The notes beneath the pieces are model-generated. The model saw only the letters and a program-made list of their open reading frames with translations. It had not been told where the DNA came from and ran no database searches. A DNA stretch of 63,913 nucleotides, counting the filler, from Basidiobolus ranarum (Eukaryota): assembly GCA_040143965.1 (NCBI GenBank). It is 3 parts of 3 records of this genome, joined end to end, with 100 filler letters (N's around TTAATTAATTAA, not from the genome) between each part and the next. Parts side by side here need not be neighbours in the genome. Positions count along the whole stretch, not along the records: positions 43,225 to 63,913 come from JASJQH010000222.1; 2 more parts are not named here. One strand, given 5' to 3'. Within the stretch, counting starts at the first letter, position 1. Each line of letters begins with the position of its first letter. This document shows positions 49,631-61,324 of the stretch, one piece after another. Made by a program: the position numbers and the translations under genes.

Positions 49631-51831
49631 CGGAGCGGAGCGGAAAGGTAAATCACAAGGGTATGCTTACTGCGGTGGACATTGGACAGTTATATTGCTC
49701 GGGTAGTGTAGGAGGGGGAATTTCTATTTACGTGTACATGGTAATCTCTTTCTTGGATTCAGCCTTAGTTGCATTCGTTTTAGCCATATATCTCAGATAT
49801 ACCATATGGATACGTATCATTCTTTCCATTGCTCTTCCAAAGGCCCCAGTTTCAAGACTATGTGGGCCATATCTTTGTTAACTATAAATATACAACGGTG
49901 ACTTTCAGGTGGATTCGATCATAGATGCACCAATCTTTCCTAAGAATGGTTTGGTGTACTTGGTAATGTACACGAGCTTGGGGCAATATATTGGTCACTA
50001 GTTGATTCCTTTCCTGACTCAGAATGAGTAGAATTGATTGGGGAAATTTAGGCTGGTTTCACAATAATTTAGGGATCGTCGGAGATCACAATAGTATTTT
50101 TGGTGGGCGATATTATGGTATTTGTAAGCATTTGTTAACTAATTTCTATCTGTAGAATGATTGTAAACCATATGGATTGGAGTCACCATTCATGTCAAAT
50201 TTCAATCTTAATTGGGTAGCTTCGGATTTATGGCAACTGGATTAAAGAAAGGTTCCATTAGAGGAGTTTTCTAAATAAAGGTAGCCGGTCTCCACCATAA
50301 TATAGTAACTGCCTGAATAACAAGATTTTCCTTTTACCAAACATTACATCAACTGTTTCACACTGATGTAGTGGGGTGCTTTCCTATCATCAGTAAATCT
50401 TTGAGGCAAAGGAGTTGCCGGGAGGTTGTCTATCACCAACACCACACTTTCCTTCGTTGATCAGGGAGTGTGGTTGTGTGTCAGTGACTTCATCTGGAAG
50501 AGTATCATTGTAGTTAAAGATAAACTTATCTAGCGTATGAGACATGTGAGCTTAAGCATGTGTCTACCTTTTATTTCCCTTAACCCTTGATCCACTCTTG
50601 ATTGATACCTTCGAATGATTATTACCTTTGACCATTTTAGGTAGATTTTGAAATATTCCTCTCACAGAGTTCCGATTGGACTGATATCTAAGCATAGATG
50701 TTTATAGTTATACCCGTAATCATTGTTTAATACATCAAGTATTTGTGTGTGTATTTGTGGGTTAAGCTTAGAGATGAGAAAGCATGTATTGTCAAAAATC
50801 ATTCCTTTGGTAGTAAGCAAATCATTGCCTTTGCAAGTCCAACCTTCCTAGTCCTTAGATGATTCACATGTGTGCTAAATATATGTTCCAGCTTTAACTA
50901 ATATATAGTTAGGTACAGACCAAGGGGGATAATGAATTGAATTGTCAATACCCATCACTCTACATCATCTTCACCAATCAAAGTATAGTGTTAAGACACA
51001 TTCCACTTAATATACCTTTATAGTCGCAAACTTCTTTGTCTGAATTAGTCAACATGTAATGCTTTGATCCTAAGAAACCTTATTGACTACCAACCCCGCA
51101 AAAAATGTATATGTCAATCCAGAGTATGTAATACACATAACAAATCTGTAAATGCTCCAAATTTTATTCCAAGAATACTCAATACTAGGACTAGGTATGA
51201 TCCTTACGCTCCTTTGAGCATTGAGATTGTTTAACGTATTTTACGTTAATCACCTATAGTTCCAAGTGAAGTAAAACTAGGATTCAACTGGAATTTTAAC
51301 TACTAAGAGTTACCTTCATATTAGGTGTGAAAGTTATCGTAACTTGAAATCGTGTGAACCAACTCTTTATAGATCTAACCACCGAATTCCAGAAAGTAGC
51401 TGCCGTATAACCACGCCGATGTTAAACGAAGCTATTCCATGGGAATTTATGGAGGTTTATCAAAATCTAGCAATATAGACATTAATACTTGTATTGCTCA
51501 CTAACCTATGCTCACTAGAATCTTTCATCACTTTTGCTGAGAATTTGCCAATCATTGACGGCCTATTTAGTAAATCCAGAATAAACTTCGATTTTGGATC
51601 AATACACAAGATTTCAGATAATGAATTTTGGTGATACGGGAATAGTCACTTGAGTGGTGATTTTGCTCTGTAAAGCGTAGTGCACATGTAATCATTGGTT
51701 TTACTACAATTCCATTAACACGGTAAGCATGATCAAAGTTCATGGGAAGTATTAGTTATCCCAAAATGAGACAACAGTCAGAGTATAAATAACCGGGTTC
51801 AAGTAGGAATGAAAGCAATAAGTCATTCAAG

Positions 51832-53886
51832 ATGAAGTGGTTGTGCTATATCGCTCTTATCGCAGTCCCCTTGGTTAGCGCGGCGCGCAATTTTACTCCT
51901 CAGGATCTAGTAACTTTAGACCGACCAGGAAATGCTGTACCTTCTCCCGATGGTAAATGGGCCGTGTTCAGTAGCTCAAACTACACCATTGCTACCAACT
52001 CTAACACAAGAAACCTTTGGCTTTTGAATATTGCTAATGGTAACGTAAATCCTTTAACTGCACCTGGTAAGACCGGTGATAGTGAGCCACTTTGGTTGGA
52101 TTCAGCTACAGTAGGATTTGTCTCATCCCGTACGGCTACTTCCCAACTCTGGTCTATTGATGTTACTAAGGCCAATGCTCAACCAGTCCAAGTGACCAAT
52201 TTCACGGTTGATATTGGTAATGTCAAGTATAATTCACATGCGAATTTGTTTGTATTCTCCACCGGTGTATATGCAGATGGAAGTATTGAAAAAGCAGTAC
52301 AAATAGATAAACTTAACGCACAAAGAACCGATACCGGCTTAGTATACGATAAACTTTTCGTCAGACATTGGGACCACTTCGTGACTGAGAAGAAGCAAAA
52401 CATCTTCACAGTTAAACTCAACAAGAAAAATGGAAACTATGGAGTAGTTGGTAATCCTGTGAATGTTATGGCTAAAGCAGGATTAGAATCCCCTGTTGCT
52501 CCCTTTGGAGATGCTGGTGACTATGATATTTCACCAGATGGTAAAGAAATAGCCTTTATCGCTAAAAGACCTGGAAGAGATCAAGCTTGGGAGACCGATA
52601 TTAACGTATATGTGGTTCCATCGAATGGTCGCAAATCTCCCAAATCACTGACTGACAAAAATTTGGGACAAACCGCATCACCGGCATACTCACCAGACGG
52701 TAAAACTTTAGCATGGTTACAAATGGAGCGTCGTGGATTCGAAGCGGATCGCAAGCATATAATCTTACATGATCGTACCAAACAGAGATCCAGTTACTTC
52801 AACAAGAACTGGGATCGTAGTCCCAATAGTGTTGGATGGTCTTCTGACTCTAAGTCACTCTATCTCCCAACTCAAGAGCATGGACGAGTAAAATTATTTA
52901 CCGCCAGCATTCGTGATGGCAAAGTTAAGGCTATCACTCAAAAGGGAAATACCGTATCTGTGTCCGTTCTCAACAAAGATACTCTATTTTTGACTCAAAA
53001 TGCTATGCATCATCCTAATGAGTACTACACCATCAAAACTAATGGAAAGGATCTTAAACAAGTATCACGCCTCCACGCTGCCAAGACTAAAGATCTTTAC
53101 TTACCAGAGGCAGAAGAGTTCTGGTTTACTGGCGCCAAGGGGGACAAGGTTCATGGTTGGATCCTTAAACCATACAACTTTGACCCCAAGAAAAAGTATC
53201 CAGTAGCCTTCCTTGTCCATGGTGGTCCTCAAAGTGCTTGGACAGATTCCTGGAGCAACCGCTGGAATCCCGAGATCTATGCCTCAGCAGGAAATGTGAT
53301 GATTGCTATTAATCCACGTGGTTCCACTGGCTACGGCCAAAAGTTCACCGATGAAATTTCTCGTAACTGGGGTGGTCTTCCATTCAAAGATCTTATGAAA
53401 GGTCTTGATTATGTCTTGGATAAGTACAAGTTCCCTGATGAGTACCGAGTTTGCGCTCTAGGTGCTAGTTATGGTGGCTATATGATGAATTGGTTCAATG
53501 GTCACACAGATCGCTTCAAGTGCTTAATCAATCACGATGGAATGTTCTCCAGCGTGAGTACATTCTACTCTACTGAAGAGCTCTGGTTCCCCGAGTGGGA
53601 GTTCGGTGGTAAGCCCTGGGAGCCCAAGGCTAAGAAGATCTACGAGAAATGGTCCCCCTCCAACTATGTTCAAAATTGGAAAACTCCTACATTGGTCATT
53701 CATGGTGGTAAGGACTATCGCTTGGTAGATGGCGAAGGTTTCGCTACATTTACTGCTTTGCAACGTCAAAATATTCCATCTCGTCTTGTTTATTTCCCAG
53801 ATGAAAATCATTGGGTATTGAAGCAAGCAAATTCTCTTCGCTGGCATTCAGAGGTACTAGGTTGGCTCAAGAAGTGGACCCAGTAA
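51832..53886 (+). CDS. DPP5: Secreted dipeptidyl-peptidase V (S9 family)
   Basis: Signal peptide, YDKLFVRHWD, SPDG beta-propeller repeats, HGGPQ, GASYGG (Ser), KDYR (Asp), DENHWV (His). Intronless. Confidence 0.93.
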   Translation: MKWLCYIALIAVPLVSAARNFTPQDLVTLDRPGNAVPSPDGKWAVFSSSNYTIATNSNTRNLWLLNIANGNVNPLTAPGKTGDSEPLWLDSATVGFVSSRTATSQLWSIDVTKANAQPVQVTNFTVDIGNVKYNSHANLFVFSTGVYADGSIEKAVQIDKLNAQRTDTGLVYDKLFVRHWDHFVTEKKQNIFTVKLNKKNGNYGVVGNPVNVMAKAGLESPVAPFGDAGDYDISPDGKEIAFIAKRPGRDQAWETDINVYVVPSNGRKSPKSLTDKNLGQTASPAYSPDGKTLAWLQMERRGFEADRKHIILHDRTKQRSSYFNKNWDRSPNSVGWSSDSKSLYLPTQEHGRVKLFTASIRDGKVKAITQKGNTVSVSVLNKDTLFLTQNAMHHPNEYYTIKTNGKDLKQVSRLHAAKTKDLYLPEAEEFWFTGAKGDKVHGWILKPYNFDPKKKYPVAFLVHGGPQSAWTDSWSNRWNPEIYASAGNVMIAINPRGSTGYGQKFTDEISRNWGGLPFKDLMKGLDYVLDKYKFPDEYRVCALGASYGGYMMNWFNGHTDRFKCLINHDGMFSSVSTFYSTEELWFPEWEFGGKPWEPKAKKIYEKWSPSNYVQNWKTPTLVIHGGKDYRLVDGEGFATFTALQRQNIPSRLVYFPDENHWVLKQANSLRWHSEVLGWLKKWTQ

Positions 53887-54161
53887 CTCTCCTTTCATTA
53901 ATTCATTTGAGTAGTCAGTTAGGCTCAATAATTATTATTTGCTAATTAATAAATCCTCTCTACTTTCATTATGCATCTCTGGATATTCTTTGTACTACAT
54001 GGGTGTAGGAGTCAACAAGTCAATTTATTGGTTAGTTTGGTGGCAAGTATTTAGGATAGTCAATGGAAATGTGTGAGTTGTATTTTGTTGAAGTGAAGGG
54101 AAGTATCTATCCTTGTAAAGGAAATGAGGAAAAATAACAACGGTGCTATATAGCCCAAGAA

Positions 54162-54509
54162 TGTTGAAATTAGCTTTGCCTAAACACCTATATAGTCATA
54201 TATAGCTTAGTACTTAGTTATCTTATAATTCACTAAGATGTTATCCATTATTCTCATAAGGAATTTACTTAGAATATTGACACCAACTTAGAAGTTCTCA
54301 GATATATAGATTTTTCAAACTTGTTCTAGAAGCCCCAAACTTTGCACACATGCTCCTGGGACCTTCCTTAACACATTCTACATGTTAGTTTGCTTACATC
54401 TTGACAAAACTATAAATGTCAACTTTCCACTCAATAAATCAATAAGTGAAAACCACCAATTCCTCTAATTCTCCAAACCACTTCCAACAGGCTCCCAAAT
54501 ACTTTAACA
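54162..54509 (+). mobile_element. Solo copia LTR (348 bp)
   Basis: TGTTGAAATTAGC...TACTTTAACA, end-to-end match to 23133-23480. Confidence 0.93.
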
Positions 54510-54771
54510 AGTATTTAGTTATTCTATTTTGAACTAAGATATCACAAACTATTCTCAAGAGGAATATAGATTTTTTCAAACTTGTGCTAGAAGCCCCTAA
54601 CCTTGCACATATGTTCCTGGGACCTTCCTTAACACATTCTACACGTTAGTTTGTCTACATCTTGACAAAGCTATAAATGTCAACTTTCTACTCAATTAAT
54701 CAATAAATGAAAACCATCAATTTCTCTAACTCTCCAAACCACTTCAAACAGGCTCCCAAAATACTTCAACA
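54510..54771 (+). mobile_element. 5'-truncated LTR copy abutting the previous LTR
   Basis: Begins at about LTR position 48 (AGTATTTAGTT), has an internal deletion, ends TACTTCAACA. Confidence 0.88.
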
Positions 54772-57396
54772 TATATAGCATACTTACATAAGCCAATTAA
54801 ATTTTTCTTTTCACAAGGCACCAACAACATGATATATGGGCAGAAAGTTGAGAGTACTAGAGGTGCAATAATAAACAGAGAGAATATATTAGCATTTCCT
54901 TTATTTACTATTGAGCTTGTCAAGAGATAGGAATAAGTGGTTTCAATTTTGAGACAGGAATAGGTAGTTACAATTTTGAAATATGACTTATTCTTGCTAT
55001 TGAGTTAGTTAAACTTAAGGTTAATAACCAGCACACGGTCCATAAATTTCTTGAATCAAATAAGAATGGGATTCGACTTTACCTTGGTACATATTTTGGA
55101 ATCAAGATTAAACCGGAACTCAGGTTGTTAACCTCAGAATAGCTGAACTCATGACTCCCTATAACGGTGACACCAAAGAAAAAAGCAGAACTTATTATAT
55201 CATGCTCCAAGTTTTAATTAAATCCATTATGCTTTGTGCCGCCAAAGTCTCCACTCTTTTGCTGTACAACTACCTTCTACCAAAAGCATAGAGGATCTTC
55301 TTGTTGCTATCCGCTCGCTTCTTTGTTTAGCCAGAAATGTTGGCTATTCTAAGTGGATTGGCGGTTCTAAGCAATCCCGAACAAACCTGCTTTCCTCTTT
55401 CAATGAGTTCTCTGGTGGTTGGTATGTTGTTCAATGCAAATTAGGTGTATACATTTGGGAACTCAAGGTCACGCGGAAGTGGACAGAGTAAGCCAATGGC
55501 CGATGATACTGGCGAACGTTTGTTTTGTGTCGATCAAGAGAGATAACTACGAGCCGAATGAGGCAGAAGTAAATAAAAACCAAATGTCTTCAATGACGAA
55601 GCAGCTGCTGTAGAAACTACACACTAATAACTAATCTCTACCCTTGTAGGTAGATGAGATTACTCAGAATTAGTCTGAAGCAACCTAGTACAAGCTTAAT
55701 GATTTTGAGATCTCGTGACGAACCAAGCACTTACCCTACCTCCTTATGGCTATATGACCTATACTCTACTGTACGCTGCTTATATCCTGCCTGCTTGTAT
55801 CCTACCTGTACGCTGCTTATACGCTGTTCAAATAGTCGATCCCAAAACAGGCTATTTGTTTTAATGGAGTGATTCATCGTTGTATCTCGATATCCAGAGA
55901 CACAGTCTAGACCATTACTTGCCATATCTGGTTATCGCACAGTACTCAGTGCCATTTACAGGCCAATCTCCAGTACTCATTCAATCCGAGTTCAGCGTGT
56001 CATTTTGACGTAGAAGCTTAATAATCAATCGAGATTAAGTATGTTACATTCTTGACTCACTTGCTTCGAGCCAACCACTGCATGAATGTAGGATCGAGCT
56101 TAAGCCAGATGCTTTGAAATAGCATTAGCCAATGAACTCGAGAGTGCCATATGGTAAGTTATGCGAGGTGGTAGATATGCATTGCGCGTACCATCGAACA
56201 GGAAAATCCTGAATTTGAAGAACTTTCTACTGCTTATAGAAACTGGTGAATATTGTCTCAGTTGCAGATCCAATTGTGTTGACTAGCAAAGCTTATCGTA
56301 ATAACAATAACTCCTTCTTTGTTCTCTGAGTTAGAGCTGGAGATGTTTCACACTTGAGTGGCAGAATGAACCAATACAATCAGTCTAATTAGTCTGTCTC
56401 CATACGACCAAAAGGAAATGAATTGATGTCGTCTTTGTTGTTGTATAGCTGTTGTAGCCAGATAACCTCCAATTATACAGGTGCAAATCGACCCACAAAC
56501 TTACCCTGGTAAATTAACTGCTTCTAAATTAGGGAATCTGATTTGCACCTGGCTTAGGATTGGGGTGGGGTTACTACTACTCGTGGCATTGACAATATCA
56601 CTACTGATTCCATTCTTCCCCTGAATCGAGGGCAATCGAAAGCAATCTGTAAATCGTGGCAAGAATCAAGTTGAAAATATCCGAGGTTAAGCTTAAGGGT
56701 TAGGGTTAGGCAAAGGCCCACATGTGCATACTTCAATGTCGCCAACTACTGATGTAATTGAAGGTAAGGATGTTGATCCTCCTGTAGTATGTAGTTCTTC
56801 GACGTGCTGTTGGATGAGTGTGGATTACTCAGCTAAGATAGTCTATTATATTATATATGATGCTTCCTTCACTACACCAAATAGCTGCAAATTTCAATAT
56901 AAATACGTATATATTTAGAAAAGAACTCGATTATATTGCTTTTCGCGTCTAATTCTCTATTTTATTTATCGAACACTGCATAAACCACGATGAACAAATC
57001 ACCTAAACTTGGAAGGTGAAACCATCAGCTGACCCACTATTACTGAGCTATCTATTAAACTCAATTGGTAGTTATTGGCAACACAATGGGCGCATCAATG
57101 ACTGATACAAATATCTGATTATTGATGGTAATTGGGAATTAATGATCAGAAAGGAGGGTTTATACGGTATTTTATGAGTGGTTTTTGACAACCTAACACT
57201 AACACCAACTCCAGCCTGAATTACATCCGTCTCGCCTCAATTTATACAGTCTCTCCACACAACTTGGTTCAAATCATACAGGTGGCACATAGGAATTGAG
57301 CAGAGCATTAGTTTGTATTTGTTCAATTCTCTTTTGTACTCGTCCTTGTTCGATTCCCTTTTGTACTAAATTGATTGTATTTCATATCTTGGCATG

Positions 57397-57463
57397 TATT
57401 CTCTACCCAACTACTCTATTCTCTACCCAACTACTCTATTCTCTACCCAACTACTCTATTCTC
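57397..57463. repeat. 20-bp minisatellite, about 3.3 copies
   Basis: (TATTCTCTACCCAACTACTC)n, perfect copies. Confidence 0.92.
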
Positions 57464-58312
57464 ATTCATCTTCGCTGACGTATCTCAAATAACTGACAAA
57501 ACTATTGTTCGCATATATATTAGATATATACATGCGTCAACTAGTTTGATTCTCGTTTATGTCCTGGTTGAGCTTAACTTAGTATCAACGGAAATATGTA
57601 ACTGATCCACTACTGGTAACTGATCCTCTGCCGGTATCAACGGAATTGTATGTAGCTACCGGTATTTTACCGAGGAACATTACCGCTTCACCCGATTGTT
57701 GCAGCATTGATTGGCGCTAAGGTAGTGGCTCAAAGTGTAAGGTTATGGTGGATGACTTAGGGCTAGGATGACTTGGAATTCGAGGTTTCAAATGATATTT
57801 AGGTCAGAATATTGGTTAGCATGATGCAGTTGAGATAATTGGCTGACAACTTTTTATTGATGAGTGGTTCATTCTCTCGTTCCCCAACAAAATCCAACAA
57901 AATCTGTGGACCGTCAAATATATCGGGTGACTATTTGTGGAGGTCAGCGATTTATGTATAAAAAGGTACAAAACCTCGCCCCTTATTTTATTTTGTTAAT
58001 ATTCAACTCGATACGAGTTACCTTTGTCCTTATTTTCAATCTGCGTACTCTGATTGAATTGACGTCTCCACTACTGATTTTCAGTTTTGCTTCCTTTTTC
58101 TCGTTGAAGTACTTCCCCTATTTTCTTTGGTGAATACTTCTCGGTTGTATACTTGTATCTTTTACCTGTTCATAAAAAGGAAACCCCATTTTCTTCTCAG
58201 TTTTGTTTCGTCTCGTTTTTCCTTCGTCTAAATTTTATTAGCTGCCTCCATTCGTTCGCGAGAAAACCATATTTCGTTCATTCGCTTCTCTCACTATCTT
58301 TGATTCCTGGTA

Positions 58313-61300
58313 ATGGGCTATTCATCATACCCTTCTCATCCTTATTTTTACTCAACTCCTGAAAATCAAGCGAACATGAGAAAGCGCAGTTTTGACATGA
58401 GCTCTCCTATATCCTCCATTCCTGTATATCAACGTCATAATTCACACAACGGCCATATAATGTCACATGAATCCAACTGGGACTCGGGAATCAATGGTGA
58501 TGATATGGCCTATTCCGAACCTGCGACCCCCGGCCTCCTAAACGCAGAGGGACATTGGACGTTTGGCTCAGACGGCCCATCATCTCTCCAAGAAATGAAG
58601 CTAGAGAACTTTGATCCATCGTTAGATATGTCCTCATTAGTATCTAACACTCTACCGAAACAAGAGAGTTTTGGTTTATTATTTCCTTTCGATGATTTTG
58701 AGTGTAGAAATGGCTCTTTAGATTCTTCATCCAATTCCCACCAACAAAACCATACCTTGGAACGTACACACTCTTCGACCTCTTTGAATAGCTACTCTCA
58801 ATCCTTCCCATCTATTCATGAATCTTCAATGCCAGTTCACGAGAGTATGATGCCAAACTCAATGGAGGAGCCACCATATTATCAACGGCAGTTGAAGAAC
58901 ATGCAATTCAATCGCTTAAGGATGGTGTCTGAGAATCATTCAGAGTTTGGTAGTTCTCTCACAAGTCCAGTGGATTCTGGTTTTTGCACACCCATTGATA
59001 GCTACACTTCCAGTCCCATTTTACCTCACTCAAATGCAAGCACTAGAAGTTACTTCGCTTCAGAGTTCCTTGATCATCATAGACGTCCAAGCATCACAAC
59101 TGGCCTTCAGTCCCTCCATATGGCCGATGAACTTTCCCTTGATCCCACGCTCTCTATGACTCAGGCTTCATCATCTTTGTCAACTTCACATTCTGTTGGC
59201 CATTTTCTGGACTCTAATCATGATCTAACTGGAACGTTAATGCATTCACCAGATACTTTGGACTACGGCCACTTCTATAATGATCATCATTCGGCATTCT
59301 CAACAAATCCAAGTCACGATGATATAATGAATGGTACTCATACAAGCTATCATGGATTTCATGATGGCGCTCCTCCAACTTTATCACCACCATCTTCCCC
59401 CAACTCAGAAAATGGTAATACACCTGTCTCCCCCGCTGATGGCATAAACTATCCTTTGGATGGGAAGCTTGAGTTGAGTAATAACTCGACTTTGAAGCCT
59501 CTCGTTCATAGTTATGTATCCTCCCCAAATTCACTCTTGAATGGTGAGAAAACTGTCGTTATACTGACATCCAAAGTGGCGCAGAAATCATATGGAACAG
59601 AAAAACGGTTCTTATGCCCCCCTCCTACCGTTCTGCTCTTGGGACAAAATTGGCGCATGAATGCACTCCACAAGAGTGGATCACCTGCCGATAACTCTGC
59701 ATTGGTAAGCCCAAAGCTAACCATTACTATACCAGGTGAGTCTGGTCAGCAACAAGGAGTACTCGAATGGTCAGGACCATCTAGTCCTTCAGTTGATTCA
59801 TCCATGATGGACTCCAGCTCTGTTGGAAGGTGCGTTGCTAAGCATTTATTTATCAATGATGCTGATGAAAAACGTAAGCGTGTCGAGGTTCTAGTAAACG
59901 TTCAATCCTCTTCTGGTCACCCTATGGGTACTTTTGTCTCCAAACCCATTAAGGTCATCTCAAAGCCATCAAAAAAGCGTCAAAGCGTCAAAAATATGGA
60001 ACTATGCATTCACCATGGCACCACCATTTCCCTCTTCAATCGCATTCGTTCTCAAACAGTCTCTACAAAATACCTTGGTGTTTCCACTCCATCATCATCC
60101 ACTACTGCCTTTGGAAATTCCAGATGGCCCTCCAATATGAACAATATTGGTTCATCCAGCGACTCTGCATGCTTTGTTGCCCGTACTGGTCGTTGGGACC
60201 CATTTGTTATTTGGCTAGTTGATTTGAATAGAAGAAACTCTTCTCCCTCTGAACACAACGTTACCACTCCTCCTCCCGGTTTCCCTGCTCCCCCTACTAT
60301 CGCTGTTCATCCCCAAGAGTACTCAATGTCTTTCTCTCCAGGATCTGACCCTAGAGCTGGTTCTGATGGTAAAACTCCTATCCCTATTCATTACAATCAA
60401 CCAGTTGTTCTCCAATGTCTTTCGACTGGTTTGATTAGCCCAGTCATGATTATCCGCAAGGTTGACAAAGGTAGCATGGTTGTTGGCAATGGAACCGGAA
60501 CAGGCCGCGAAGAAATGTTAGGTGACCCAGTTTCACAATTGCACAAGGTTGCCTTCCAAATTGTTGAAGATGCTGCTGAGGAAGAAAACCCATTCCCAGT
60601 TCGTTCTTCGGCTGGATCTTACCTCGTCTGCCTTGGAGATGTAGTCGGAGTTCAACGCTCTAATGAGGGTCGGAAATTCGACGTGCCCTCTGGTCAAAAA
60701 CCACAATCTCGCTCCGAATCTCTACCCAATATCTTGGAAAATAATGAAGGATGGCAGAATGCACCATTTGAGAATTCTTCCAATGGAGTTGAAGGAGAAA
60801 ATAGCTCGCGCAAAAGACGTGCATTAAGCATTACTGGCAATGCACCCCTCGTCAAGGCAGCTAAAGGTGGTAGAAGAAATTCAATAAGAGATGACTTGTT
60901 TTCTACTGGTGATGGTGGATCTCCCAACATCTGGTCCGAAGATGTTTCAGACACGGCAGTCTGGACTATTGTAGGTACTGACTGTGTTCAGTACTCCTTC
61001 TACACACCCAACTCGAATACACTTGGCAATGAATCGGTCGTGAATCCCATCACCCCAATCCCTTTCATCACACATATTGTCCCTTCAGCTCAAAATGGTG
61101 CGCCTAGCGTTCTTACCATTTATGGAGAAAACCTTACTCCTGACCTCTCAGTTTGGTTTGGTGAAATTCAAAGTAAAATCACCGAATTCAAGAACCGTGA
61201 AAGTGCCATTTGTACTCTGCCCGTTGCAGGACAAAATGGAGTTACGGAAGGTACCTCATTACCGATTTTGCTGGTCAGAAGCGATGGAGTAGTGTACAAG

Positions 61301-61324
61301 ACGGGGAAATTTTACACCGTTTAA
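58313..61324 (+). CDS. Fungal CSL (CBF1/Su(H)/LAG-1) transcription factor, probably class F2 (Cbf12-like)
   Basis: KVAQKSYGTEKRFLCPPP, KHLFINDADEKRK, IKVISKPSKKRQS, ISLFNRIRSQTVSTKYL, DPVSQLHKVAF, WTIVGTD, IPT domain (LTIYGEN..VWFGE). Low-complexity N-terminus of ~390 aa. Confidence 0.95.
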   Translation: MGYSSYPSHPYFYSTPENQANMRKRSFDMSSPISSIPVYQRHNSHNGHIMSHESNWDSGINGDDMAYSEPATPGLLNAEGHWTFGSDGPSSLQEMKLENFDPSLDMSSLVSNTLPKQESFGLLFPFDDFECRNGSLDSSSNSHQQNHTLERTHSSTSLNSYSQSFPSIHESSMPVHESMMPNSMEEPPYYQRQLKNMQFNRLRMVSENHSEFGSSLTSPVDSGFCTPIDSYTSSPILPHSNASTRSYFASEFLDHHRRPSITTGLQSLHMADELSLDPTLSMTQASSSLSTSHSVGHFLDSNHDLTGTLMHSPDTLDYGHFYNDHHSAFSTNPSHDDIMNGTHTSYHGFHDGAPPTLSPPSSPNSENGNTPVSPADGINYPLDGKLELSNNSTLKPLVHSYVSSPNSLLNGEKTVVILTSKVAQKSYGTEKRFLCPPPTVLLLGQNWRMNALHKSGSPADNSALVSPKLTITIPGESGQQQGVLEWSGPSSPSVDSSMMDSSSVGRCVAKHLFINDADEKRKRVEVLVNVQSSSGHPMGTFVSKPIKVISKPSKKRQSVKNMELCIHHGTTISLFNRIRSQTVSTKYLGVSTPSSSTTAFGNSRWPSNMNNIGSSSDSACFVARTGRWDPFVIWLVDLNRRNSSPSEHNVTTPPPGFPAPPTIAVHPQEYSMSFSPGSDPRAGSDGKTPIPIHYNQPVVLQCLSTGLISPVMIIRKVDKGSMVVGNGTGTGREEMLGDPVSQLHKVAFQIVEDAAEEENPFPVRSSAGSYLVCLGDVVGVQRSNEGRKFDVPSGQKPQSRSESLPNILENNEGWQNAPFENSSNGVEGENSSRKRRALSITGNAPLVKAAKGGRRNSIRDDLFSTGDGGSPNIWSEDVSDTAVWTIVGTDCVQYSFYTPNSNTLGNESVVNPITPIPFITHIVPSAQNGAPSVLTIYGENLTPDLSVWFGEIQSKITEFKNRESAICTLPVAGQNGVTEGTSLPILLVRSDGVVYKTGKFYTV

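Noticed and set aside
49660-51700. Possible hidden gene between AOX and DPP5 (similarly 54800-57300)
   Set aside because: Manual translation of the less AT-rich patches gave no recognisable protein or RNA motif.
40367-57463. 36-bp and 20-bp repeats as CRISPR-like arrays
   Set aside because: They are head-to-tail tandem units with no unique spacers, no cas genes and a eukaryotic context.
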